Notes: a model not told the origin generated them from the sequence alone. DNA of 64,000 bases from an uncultured Acidobacteriota bacterium (GCA_902826065.1 CADEDM010000002.1:2829-66828); one strand, 5' to 3'. Positions 40,618 through 48,937 are shown, counted from the first letter of the stretch. Numbers and translations are program-made.

Positions 40618-40640
40618 GGCGGACGCTAGCGTCGTCCGCC
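40618..40640. terminator. Stem-loop between convergent genes
   Basis: GGCGGACG-ctagcgt-CGTCCGCC has an 8-bp stem abutting the stop of the 40640-41899 gene. Confidence 0.35.
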
Positions 40641-41899
40641 TAGTACCCGCGCTTCGGGTCGAAGACGGAGTACATCCGTTCGCCGGCCGCGAAGCGCCGC
40701 ATGTTCTCTCGCACCAGCACCCAGCGCAGCTCGTCGTCGCGCTGCACGGCCGGATTGGCGGCCGTGCGGTTGCTCGAGCGCGTGCTGCGCGGGGTCTCGC
40801 GCGACCCGGTGAGCATCAGGTTCGGCGCCTTCCAGAGTGGCGAGTCGGGGGGCAGCGGCATCTCCGACGCCCAGTCCATGCCGGCGCTGCCGACCTGGCC
40901 GCTGCGCAACGCCGCGGCGAGGTCGTCGGGCACGACGATCTCGGCGCGCGAGAAGTTGACCAGCATCGCGCCACGCTTCATCTTCGCCAGCGTGGTGGCG
41001 TTGAACAGCCCGCGCGTGTCGGGCGTGAGCGGCGCCGCGATCACGACGATGTCGGCGCGGCCGATGAGATCGGGCAGCTCGTTGGCCAGGCCGACGTACT
41101 CCACGAACGGCGGGCCTTCGCGGCTCGAGGCGCGGGTGGCCAGCACCGTCATGCCGAACTCGTGCGCGAGGCGGCCCACTTCGGTGCCGGCGCCGCCGAG
41201 GCCCACGATCAGCATGGTGCCGCCCTGCAGCGACTTGGCCGGACGGGTCGGCTTGATTGACCCGAAGGCGCCGGCCTTCGCGTTGCCCCACGCGACCTCG
41301 GCGTTGCGCGCGAGTGCGAAGATGAACCCGAACGCGTTCTCGGACAGCCCGTCGTTCTTCACCTTCTGGCTGTTGGTGAGCAGGATCCTGCCGGTCTTGA
41401 TCTCGGCTGCCGCCGCGCACTGATCGGTGCCGCCCGACGACGAGTGGATCCACTTCAGTTTCGGCGCGGCCTTGAACATGTCGGCGCCGCTCTCGCCGTG
41501 CTCGAGCCCGCACGCGCCGCTGACCAGCACGATGGCGTCGGCGTCGGCCCAGTGCTTCTGGTTCTCGAGGTTGTTCTCGACGCCGACGACGGTGACGCCG
41601 GCGGGCATCGCCGATTGCAGCCACGCCGTACGCTCGGGCCGGTCGACGTTCACGACCACCTTCTTCGGCGGGCTCCAGCCCGGCACCAGGTCCTTCGCCG
41701 AGCGCGCATTCTCGACCAGCGGGAAGCGGTTGATGGCGGTGACCAGGTCGATCGGGCCGACCACCTCGCCCGATGGCGTCGCCACCAGATCCGACGCTGC
41801 CGGTGCCGGGCCGCGCTGCTGCGCGCCGGGTCCGGCCACGGCCAGCGCCCACATCGCCGCCGCGGCGGTCCATCCGTACGCGTGTCCGTGTCTGTTCAT
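40640..41899 (-). CDS. D-2-hydroxyacid-dehydrogenase-fold protein with signal-peptide-like N-terminus and no catalytic His
   Basis: NAD-binding IVGLGGAGTEVG and the LVNFSRAE arginine are conserved. The canonical TPHIG motif is replaced by LTGSRET (compare the paralog at 49988-50971). The N-terminus is MNRHGHAYGWTAAAAMWALAVAGPGAQQ. Confidence 0.8.
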   Translation of the reverse strand: MNRHGHAYGWTAAAAMWALAVAGPGAQQRGPAPAASDLVATPSGEVVGPIDLVTAINRFPLVENARSAKDLVPGWSPPKKVVVNVDRPERTAWLQSAMPAGVTVVGVENNLENQKHWADADAIVLVSGACGLEHGESGADMFKAAPKLKWIHSSSGGTDQCAAAAEIKTGRILLTNSQKVKNDGLSENAFGFIFALARNAEVAWGNAKAGAFGSIKPTRPAKSLQGGTMLIVGLGGAGTEVGRLAHEFGMTVLATRASSREGPPFVEYVGLANELPDLIGRADIVVIAAPLTPDTRGLFNATTLAKMKRGAMLVNFSRAEIVVPDDLAAALRSGQVGSAGMDWASEMPLPPDSPLWKAPNLMLTGSRETPRSTRSSNRTAANPAVQRDDELRWVLVRENMRRFAAGERMYSVFDPKRGY

Positions 41900-41939
41900 G
41901 TCGCGGCCCTCGTGCCGGGCATCGGTCCGGCTCGCGCCG

Positions 41940-41985
41940 ATGATAGGAGGACGCGCTGCCCGGAAGAATACCCGGATGAGGGTAC
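41940..41985 (-). promoter_or_regulatory. Palindrome ATACCC-N6-GGGTAC plus -10 TATCAT (minus-strand promoter for 40640-41899)
   Basis: The minus strand reads GTACCCtcatccGGGTAT-N22-TATCAT. The 19-mer AATACCCGGATGAGGGTAC matches AATACCCTGATGTGGGTAT at 44834 in 16 of 19 positions. Confidence 0.6.
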
Positions 41986-41999
41986 GGCCGCGCCGGCCG

Positions 42000-42686
42000 T
42001 CAGTCCCCGGCGTCGACCCAGGTCACGCCCAGGGCGTCGAGCTTGCCGCGCAGGCCGTACAGGTCCAACCCGAGCTCGCCGGCGCGCAGGCGCTCGCGCG
42101 TCGCGCTCTCCTTGCCCTGCCGAGCGGTGGCCGCGGCGAGCACCGCGGCGGCGTCCTCACGGCGCACTACCGCGACCCCGTCCGCGTCGCCCACCAATAC
42201 GTCGCCCGGGCGAATCCGCGCGCCGGCGCACACCACCTCGACGTTCACCGAGCCAGGCGTCGCCTTCACAGTGCCCTGCGCGTGCACCGCCTTCGACCAG
42301 ACGGGGAAGTCCATCGACGCGAGCTCGGTCACGTCGCGGACGCCGGCGTCGATCACGAGGCCGCGCACACCATGGGCGCGGCACGACTCGGCCAGGAGCT
42401 CGCCGAACATGCCGTCGGTCGACTCGGAGGTCGTGACCACCACGAGCACATCGCCCTCGCGGGCGACGTCGAGGGCGGCGTGGATCATCAGGTTGTCGCC
42501 GGCCTGGCACAGCACCGTGAGCGCGGTGCCGGCGACACGCGCGCCTGGGTAGATGGGCCGCATGTACGGCCGCAACAGGCCGATGCGGCCCTGCGCCTCG
42601 TGCACGGTGGCGACGCCGAACACGCCGAGGGCATCGGCGAGCGCGCGATCGGTGCGGGGCGGATTCCTGACGATCACGTGGCTCAC
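42000..42686 (-). CDS. RraA-family class II aldolase (4-carboxy-4-hydroxy-2-oxoadipate / HMG aldolase, GalC/LigK-like)
   Basis: GTG 42686 starts VSHVIVRNPP and forms a GTGA overlap with the upstream gene stop. RraA-like GDVLVVVTTSESTDGMFGELLAESCRAHGVRGLVIDAGVRD. The remaining 222 codons of track ORF 42000-43352 overlap the PIG-L gene out of frame. Confidence 0.86.
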   Translation of the reverse strand: MSHVIVRNPPRTDRALADALGVFGVATVHEAQGRIGLLRPYMRPIYPGARVAGTALTVLCQAGDNLMIHAALDVAREGDVLVVVTTSESTDGMFGELLAESCRAHGVRGLVIDAGVRDVTELASMDFPVWSKAVHAQGTVKATPGSVNVEVVCAGARIRPGDVLVGDADGVAVVRREDAAAVLAAATARQGKESATRERLRAGELGLDLYGLRGKLDALGVTWVDAGD

Positions 42687-43405
42687 AGCAGCCCCTCGAC
42701 GACCAGTGGATAGACGCGCTCGAACGCCTCGGCGACGCGGATGCCCTTCCGTCCGCCGTTGCGCACGGCCTGGCTGCCACGCCGCTTGCCGAGGTCGCTG
42801 TAGTAGTCCACCAGATGGCCCTGCGCCTGCATCGATCGCATCGCCTCGAGCTTGCGCTCCCACACCGGCGTCACGTCGAGCAGCACCTGCGGCACGAAAC
42901 CGCACTGCTCCGGCTGGTGCGGCTCGAACAGGAACACCGGCGGCGCGCCCAGCACCGGTCCCGGCGCCGGATGGCCCATGGCCTGGGCGTAGACGCGCGC
43001 CTGCAGCGTCACGGTGTGCGCCACTGGATGGTCGAAGTTGTACGGGTCGAGGCGCGAGTGGGTGAGGATGCAGGCCGGCTGCAGCGTCTTCAGCTCTTCG
43101 ACCATGGCGTCGATGGTCGCATCGGTCGGTCGCAGCGGGTAGTCGCCGGAGTCGAAGAACCTGACGTCCGCGCCGAGAATCCCGGCTGCCCGCGTCGACT
43201 CGGCGCGCCGGATCTCCTTGACGCGCGCGGTCGTCATGTCCGGCTCCGCCCACGCGCCCTGGCTCTCGCCGCGCTCGCCGAACGACAGGCACAGGATGCG
43301 GACGCGATAGCCGGCCGCGGCATAGAGCGCGATGGCCCCGCCGGCCCGCCACACGAAATCGGCGGCGTGGGCGCTCACCACCACGATGGACTGGCCGTCG
43401 CTCAT
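42683..43405 (-). CDS. PIG-L/LmbE-family protein, GalB-like (putative 4-oxalomesaconate hydratase)
   Basis: IVVVSAHAADFVWRAGGAIALY is a PIG-L-type N-terminal metal motif variant. It is translationally coupled to the RraA-like aldolase, as galB-galC are in the Pseudomonas putida gallate cluster (recalled knowledge). Confidence 0.8.
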   Translation of the reverse strand: MSDGQSIVVVSAHAADFVWRAGGAIALYAAAGYRVRILCLSFGERGESQGAWAEPDMTTARVKEIRRAESTRAAGILGADVRFFDSGDYPLRPTDATIDAMVEELKTLQPACILTHSRLDPYNFDHPVAHTVTLQARVYAQAMGHPAPGPVLGAPPVFLFEPHQPEQCGFVPQVLLDVTPVWERKLEAMRSMQAQGHLVDYYSDLGKRRGSQAVRNGGRKGIRVAEAFERVYPLVVEGLL

Positions 43406-43445
43406 GCCGTCTCTCCGGGTCGGGGGCCGCAGCTGCGGCCGCCGT

Positions 43446-44762
43446 TCACTGTACCCGCGCGGCAGGCGCGACGGTCATCGACCGCAGGTCGCGGCCACGC
43501 GTCTCGGGCAGCAGCGAGGCGAAGAGCACCACGACCACGTAGGCGCTGATGGCGCAGATGCCCATCGCCACCCCCAGCGGTACGGTGGCGCTGAGGAAGC
43601 CGACCAGCGACGGGAAGATCGAGCCGATTGCCCGGCCGGAGTTGCCGGTGAAGCCCTGCGCGGTGCCGCGGATGCGGGTGGGGAAGAGCTCTGCCAGGAA
43701 CGCGCCGGTGCCGGCGGCCGTGCCCGACTGCAGCGTGCCCAGGACGAACCCGAGCAGGAACGTCGCCGCCGACGTGATCGGCGCCAGCGTATAGACCGCC
43801 ACCGCGGCAGCCTGCAGGCACGCGCAGGTGATGAACGTCCGCCGCCGTCCGATGCGGTCGGCGAGGAAGCCGTTGACGAACGCGCCGCAGAACGACCCGA
43901 GGATGTTCACGGCCAGGTAGCCACCGACGTTCAGCACCGACAGGCCGAGCGACATCTTCAGGTAGGCCGGCAGCCACGTGATCATCACGTAGTTGCCGCC
44001 GTAGATGCCGGTCGTGAGCATCGAGGCCTTGAACGTCGTGCCGAAGTGGCCGTCGCGGAAGATGTCGAGCAGCGAGGCGTGCCCGTCGGTCTTCGCCCGC
44101 TCCCGCGCCTCGAGGTAGATCGGCGCTTCCTTCACGTTGCGGCGAATCCACAGCACCGCCAGCGACGGCAGGAAGCCCGTGAAGAAGAACACGCGCCAGG
44201 CGTATTCCGGCGGCAGGTAGCTGAAGAGGACGGTCGAGAGCAGCACGGCGATGCCGTAGCCCACCGCCCAGCCCGCCTGGATGGCACCGACGACGCGGCC
44301 ACGCAGCCGCGGGTTGATGACCTCGCTGATCAGCACGGCGCCCACCGCCCATTCGCCGCCGAACCCGAGCCCCTGCAGGCTGCGGGTGAAGAGGAGCTGC
44401 TCGAACGAGTTGGTCAGGCCCGACAGGAACGTGAACGTCGAGAACCAGATGATGGTGATCTGCAGCACGCGCACCCGGCCGATGCGGTCCGAGAGCATGC
44501 CGGCCAACCAGCCCCCCAGCGCCGACATGATCAGCACCGCGGTGCCCAATATCCCCGCCTGACCGGTCGACATGTGCCACAGGGCGATCAGCGTCGGGAT
44601 CGTCAGCGCGTACATCTGCGTGTCGAGGGCATCGAGCGCCCAGCCGCTGAAGCACGCGAAGAAGGTGCGGCGCTCGTCGCGCGACAGTTCGCCGTACCAG
44701 CTGAAGGCGCCGGTTCGCTCGGTGGGCCGGGTGGCGGCCGCTGAGGCAACAGACTGATCCAT
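43446..44762 (-). CDS. MFS transporter (metabolite/aromatic-acid:H+ symporter type)
   Basis: The start is set to ATG 44762 (MDQSVASAAATRPTERTGAFSWYGELSRDERRTFFACFSGWALDALD). MFS signature MLSDRIGRVRVL. 12 TM segments. Confidence 0.9.
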   Translation of the reverse strand: MDQSVASAAATRPTERTGAFSWYGELSRDERRTFFACFSGWALDALDTQMYALTIPTLIALWHMSTGQAGILGTAVLIMSALGGWLAGMLSDRIGRVRVLQITIIWFSTFTFLSGLTNSFEQLLFTRSLQGLGFGGEWAVGAVLISEVINPRLRGRVVGAIQAGWAVGYGIAVLLSTVLFSYLPPEYAWRVFFFTGFLPSLAVLWIRRNVKEAPIYLEARERAKTDGHASLLDIFRDGHFGTTFKASMLTTGIYGGNYVMITWLPAYLKMSLGLSVLNVGGYLAVNILGSFCGAFVNGFLADRIGRRRTFITCACLQAAAVAVYTLAPITSAATFLLGFVLGTLQSGTAAGTGAFLAELFPTRIRGTAQGFTGNSGRAIGSIFPSLVGFLSATVPLGVAMGICAISAYVVVVLFASLLPETRGRDLRSMTVAPAARVQ

Positions 44763-44806
44763 CGGGAACTCCCACCGCCCGACCCTGCTGCGCCGGAGCG
44801 GGGGCG

Positions 44807-44852
44807 ATGATAGCGACCGGTCGGGGACCGGCAAATACCCTGATGTGGGTAT
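44807..44852 (-). promoter_or_regulatory. Perfect palindrome ATACCC-tgatgt-GGGTAT plus TTGCCG-N16-TATCAT promoter (MFS-galB-galC operon)
   Basis: The minus strand reads ATACCCacatcaGGGTAT-TTGCCG-gtccccgaccggtcgc-TATCAT. It sits in the 143-bp divergent region shared with the LysR gene. Confidence 0.65.
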
Positions 44853-44885
44853 GCGCGACGGCGGTCCGCACGGGCGTGCGGTCGC

Positions 44886-44891
44886 TACAAT
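44886..44891 (+). promoter_or_regulatory. -10-like TACAAT for the LysR gene
   Basis: TACAAT lies 15 nt upstream of ATG 44906. The -35 is weak. The implied leader is very short. Confidence 0.35.
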
Positions 44892-44905
44892 GGCCGGCGC
44901 CGACG

Positions 44906-45841
44906 ATGATCGACGGACTGCGTCAGGTGCGTGCGTTTCTCGCCGTGGCGCGGCTGCGCAGCTTCGTGCGCGCCGCGAGCGAACTGCACGTGTCGCAGCC
45001 GGCGCTCACCGTCCAGGTCCAGCAGCTCGAACGCACCCTGGGCGTCAAGCTGCTCGAGCGCAACAACCGCAGTGTCGCGCTCACCCGCGCCGGCGAAGAC
45101 ATGCTGCTGCCGCTCGAGCGGCTGCTCATGGACGCCGAGGCCATCCTGGGCCGCGGCCACGACCTCCTGCACCTCCGCCGCGGCATCCTGGCCATCGCCG
45201 CCGTGCCCACAGTGGCCGCGGCGATCCTGCCGCCGGTGCTGCGCGAGTTTCGCGAGGCGTATCCGGCCATCACGGTGCGGGTGCGCGACGATGTCGCGGC
45301 GAACTTCCAGGACCTCGTGCGCTCGGGCGACGTCGACGTGGGCATCGGCGGCCACCTGCCGCACGATCACACCATCGCCACCGAGGATCTGTTCGCCGAT
45401 CCCATCTGTGTCTTCGCGCCGCACGGCCATCCGCTGGCGCGCAAGCGCCGTGTCACCCTGCGCGACGTCGTCGGGCACGACGTCATCATGCCGAGCCGCC
45501 TGCTGAGCGTGCGGGCCACGCTGGAGCAGGGCCTGCAGGAACAGGGCCTGTCGATTCGACCGGCGCACGAGACCAGTCACTTCTCGACCGCGGTCGCGAT
45601 GGTGAATGCCGGCCTGGGCGTGTCGATCCTGCCGTATATCGCTTACGCCTGTTACCGCTCGACCCAGGTGCGCTGCCTGCCGCTCCACGACCCGCCGCTC
45701 GAACGTCGCATGGTGATTGCTGCGCCCGAAGGCCGGCAGCCGTCGCCGGCGGTCGAGAAGTTCAAGGAGATCCTGCGGCGGCGCACGGCCGAATACACCG
45801 CCACGCTCTCGGCGGTGATGGTCACGCGGCATGCCGGCTAG
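44906..45841 (+). CDS. LysR-family transcriptional regulator
   Basis: The start is set to ATG 44906 (MIDGLRQVRAFLAVARLRSFVRAASELHVSQPALTVQVQQLERTLGVKLLERNNRSVALTRAG). It is divergent from the MFS operon. Confidence 0.9.
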   Translation: MIDGLRQVRAFLAVARLRSFVRAASELHVSQPALTVQVQQLERTLGVKLLERNNRSVALTRAGEDMLLPLERLLMDAEAILGRGHDLLHLRRGILAIAAVPTVAAAILPPVLREFREAYPAITVRVRDDVAANFQDLVRSGDVDVGIGGHLPHDHTIATEDLFADPICVFAPHGHPLARKRRVTLRDVVGHDVIMPSRLLSVRATLEQGLQEQGLSIRPAHETSHFSTAVAMVNAGLGVSILPYIAYACYRSTQVRCLPLHDPPLERRMVIAAPEGRQPSPAVEKFKEILRRRTAEYTATLSAVMVTRHAG

Positions 45842-45859
45842 AGGTCCGGCCGGGGGCGG

Positions 45860-47128
45860 TCAGTGACGGCCGTCGGGCGTCTCGCGGCGTCCGCACACCC
45901 CCTGCGCGATCAGGGCGCCGATCTCGTCGCCGGAGTAGCCGGCCTCCGCGAGGATCTCGGCGGTGTGCTCGCCGAGCCCCGGGGGCGACGCGAGGGCGCG
46001 GTGGGGCGTGCGCGACAACTCGAGCGGCGGCCGCGGCACCGTGACCGGACCCGCGACGCCGGCGAGATGCACCTCCTCGAGCAGCCGCTGCGCCTGTACC
46101 TGCGGGTCGTTCAGGACCTGCGTGGCGGTCTGGATCGGTGCGGCCGGCACCTGGTGCGCGTCGAACACCGCCTTCCAGTGGCACGCCGGCTCGGTGGTCA
46201 GCACCGCGCGAATCTCGTCGTCGAGCGCGGCCCGATGCTGGACGCGCAGCACGTTGGTGACGTAGCTCGGCGACGACGCCCACTCCGGATGGCCGAGGGC
46301 GGTCGCGAAGCGCTTGAAGATGCGGTCGTTCGAGACGCCGATCATCATCGGGCCGTCGCCGGTCTCGAAGGCGCCATAGGGATAGAACGACGCCCCGCTC
46401 GCTCCGAAGGACGGATAGCGGCTGCCCTGCGGCACCGGGTCCTCGTTCGTGAACTGCGCGCCGAGCAGGTTGTGGAACATCAGCATGACGCCGGCTTCGA
46501 GCAGCGACGTGCTGACCCGCTGACCTTCGCCCGACTGCGCCCGCTCGACCAGGGCCGCCAGCACGCCCACCGTCAGCCACAGCCCGGCGCTGCCGTCGAT
46601 GATCGGCACGCCCGAGCGCACCGGCGGCGACGACGGGCCGGTGCCGGTGACGCTCATGATGCCGCTGCGGCCCTGCAGCAGGGCTTCGTAGCCGGGCCGC
46701 TTCGCATCGGGCCCGCGATGCCCGAAAGCCGACAGCGACGCGTAGACCAGCCGCGGATTGGCGGCGCGCAGCGTCGCTTCGTCGAGGCCGAGGGCGGCGA
46801 GCTTCTCGCCCCGCATGTTCTCGACGATCACGTCGCACGACGACGCCAGCCGCAGCACCACGTCGCGGCCGGCCGGCGTCGTGATGTCGACGGCGATCGA
46901 CCGCTTGCCGCGATTGAGCGGCACGAACGCCGAGCCCCACTCGCCGAGGTGCGGGCCCATGTGACGCGAGTCGTCGCCGCCGTCGACGCGCTCGATCTTG
47001 ATCACGTCCGCGCCGAGGTGGCCGAGGATGAGCGTCGCCATCGGGCCGGCGATGATCGTGCTCAGGTCGAGCACACGGATGCCCTGGAGCGGTGACGGTG
47101 CGGAGCCGGACGAATCGGAGCGGTCCAT
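45860..47128 (-). CDS. Family III CoA-transferase (CaiB/BaiF type)
   Basis: LQGIRVLDLSTIIAGPMATLILGHLGADVIKIER is the family-typical N-terminus. 422 aa. Confidence 0.9.
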   Translation of the reverse strand: MDRSDSSGSAPSPLQGIRVLDLSTIIAGPMATLILGHLGADVIKIERVDGGDDSRHMGPHLGEWGSAFVPLNRGKRSIAVDITTPAGRDVVLRLASSCDVIVENMRGEKLAALGLDEATLRAANPRLVYASLSAFGHRGPDAKRPGYEALLQGRSGIMSVTGTGPSSPPVRSGVPIIDGSAGLWLTVGVLAALVERAQSGEGQRVSTSLLEAGVMLMFHNLLGAQFTNEDPVPQGSRYPSFGASGASFYPYGAFETGDGPMMIGVSNDRIFKRFATALGHPEWASSPSYVTNVLRVQHRAALDDEIRAVLTTEPACHWKAVFDAHQVPAAPIQTATQVLNDPQVQAQRLLEEVHLAGVAGPVTVPRPPLELSRTPHRALASPPGLGEHTAEILAEAGYSGDEIGALIAQGVCGRRETPDGRH

Positions 47129-47160
47129 CGGTGCGGGGCATTACACGGCAGCGCCGCGCG

Positions 47161-47285
47161 CCTTGTAAATTCGCAAGTTCGTATCACTGCATTCCGAACT
47201 CGCAATCGGCGACGCGCGCGCGGCCCGCCGATGACGCCGTTCCGTTTGCCGGAACACTCCGATTGCATCTTTCGAATTTACAAAG
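47161..47285. repeat. AT-rich imperfect inverted repeat (about 37-bp arms) carrying TTGTAAATTCG at both ends
   Basis: The left arm is CCTTGTAAATTCGCAAGTTCGTATCACTGCATTCCGA. The reverse complement of the right arm is CTTTGTAAATTCGAAAGATGCAATCGGAGTGTTCCGG, with about 26 of 37 positions identical. The exact 11-mers are at 47163-47173 (+) and 47273-47283 (-). Confidence 0.6.
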
Positions 47286-47363
47286 CATCGGCGCGGCCTC
47301 TAGTCTCCGCCCGGGTGCGGCCGCCGGTAATGGGCGCGGCGTCGCGGCCGGACCACGAACGAC

Positions 47364-48173
47364 ATGAGCGGCCAGCAGATCATCGGCTTCGAGGGCGTCG
47401 GCCGCTCGTTCGTGCACCGCGACCGCGAGCTGGTGGCGACGCGCGACATCACGGTCTCGATCCACGAGGGCGAGATCGTCACGATCGTCGGCCCGTCGGG
47501 GTGCGGTAAGACGACGATGCTCAACCTGGTGGCCGGCCTCATGGCCCCGAGCCGAGGCACCGTCACCTACCGCGGCGAGCGGGTCGCCGCGCTCAACGGC
47601 CGCACCGGCTACATGACGCAGAGCGACCACCTGCTGCCGTGGCGCGACGTCGCCAGCAACATCGCCGTGCCGCTCGAGATCCGCGGCGTGCCGAAGGCCG
47701 AGCGTCAGCGGCGGGTCGAAGCGCTGATGGACCTCGTCGGCCTGGCGCACTTCGAGACGAGCTATCCGGCGGCGCTGTCGGGCGGGATGCGCAAGCGAAC
47801 GGCCCTGGCCCGGCTGCTTGCCTACGACCCCGAGACGCTGCTGCTCGACGAGCCGTTCGCCGCGCTCGACGCCCAGCTGCGGCTGCGGATGCAGACCGAG
47901 CTCGTGAGACTGAGCCGGCGGCTGAACAAGACCGTGCTCTTCGTGACCCATGACCTCGACGAGGCCGTCGCTCTCGGCGACCGCTGCCTCGTGTTCTCGC
48001 CCCGGCCCGGCACCATCGTGCGCGACGTGACGATACCGCTGCCGCGCGATCGCGACATGGTCGCCCTGCGCCAGGACCCCGAGTACCGCCGCCTGTGCGG
48101 CGAGCTGTGGGAGCAGGTGGCGCCGGCGCTCGACGCCACGGCCAGCGAGTTCCCGGAGCCGCTGCCGTCATGA
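47364..48173 (+). CDS. ABC transporter ATP-binding protein (NitT/TauT family)
   Basis: Walker A GPSGCGKTT, signature LSGGMRKR, Walker B LLLDEPFAALD. Confidence 0.92.
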   Translation: MSGQQIIGFEGVGRSFVHRDRELVATRDITVSIHEGEIVTIVGPSGCGKTTMLNLVAGLMAPSRGTVTYRGERVAALNGRTGYMTQSDHLLPWRDVASNIAVPLEIRGVPKAERQRRVEALMDLVGLAHFETSYPAALSGGMRKRTALARLLAYDPETLLLDEPFAALDAQLRLRMQTELVRLSRRLNKTVLFVTHDLDEAVALGDRCLVFSPRPGTIVRDVTIPLPRDRDMVALRQDPEYRRLCGELWEQVAPALDATASEFPEPLPS

Positions 48174-48937
48174 AGCTGTTCCTGGGGCGCGCGTTGCTGA
48201 TCGTCGCCGTGCTCGTGGTGTGGGACGTCAGCGCCCGCACCGTGACCGACGAGTTCTTCATCAGCCGGCCGGAGCTCGTGGCGGTGAAGTTCCTGGAGCT
48301 CGTCACCAGCGGCCGCTTGTTCTATCACGGCTGGATCACCGTGCTCGAGACGGTGGCCGGCTTTCTCACCGGCGCGGCCGCCGGCATCCTGGTGGGCCTG
48401 CTGCTCGGCCGCAACGAAGGCCTCGCGCGCCTCGTCGATCCGCTGCTCACGGCCGTCAACAGCCTGCCGAAGGTGGCGCTGGCGCCGCTCTTCATCATGT
48501 GGTTCGGCATCGACCTGGGGATGAAGATCATCCTCACCGCCACCATCGTCTTCTTCCTGGTCTTCGCCAACACCTACAACGGCGTGCGCAGCGTCGACGT
48601 GCAGCTGCTCGAGATCCTGCGGCTGATGGGCGCCCGCGAGCGCGATCTCATCGCCAAGGTGATCGTGCCGTCGGCGCTGCAGTGGGTGTTCGCGGGCCTG
48701 CAGCTCTCCGTGCCCTACGCGCTGATCGGGGCGGTCATCGGCGAGATCATGGCGGCCAACCGCGGCCTCGGGTTCCTGCTGCAGGACGCCGCCGGGCAGC
48801 TCGACACCGGCGGTGTGTTCGCGGCGCTCTTCGCCATCGTGCTGCTCGCACTGCTGTTGCAAGCAGTCGTCCGCGGGACCGAACGCTGGCTGACGCCATG
48901 GAAGGTGGACGGCGAACGGCGTGAGGCGGCGGCGTGA
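48170..48937 (+). CDS. ABC transporter permease (NitT/TauT family)
   Basis: The start is set to ATG 48170 (MKLFLGRALLIVAVLVVW), with an ATGA overlap on the ATPase stop. It contains an EAA-like loop region and 6 TM segments. Confidence 0.9.
   Translation: MKLFLGRALLIVAVLVVWDVSARTVTDEFFISRPELVAVKFLELVTSGRLFYHGWITVLETVAGFLTGAAAGILVGLLLGRNEGLARLVDPLLTAVNSLPKVALAPLFIMWFGIDLGMKIILTATIVFFLVFANTYNGVRSVDVQLLEILRLMGARERDLIAKVIVPSALQWVFAGLQLSVPYALIGAVIGEIMAANRGLGFLLQDAAGQLDTGGVFAALFAIVLLALLLQAVVRGTERWLTPWKVDGERREAAA

Noticed and set aside
42000-43352. 450-aa track ORF read as one protein
   Set aside because: Only the C-terminal 228 residues (from GTG 42686) are RraA-like. The upstream part overlaps the well-formed PIG-L gene in another frame and is Arg/Gly/Pro-rich.
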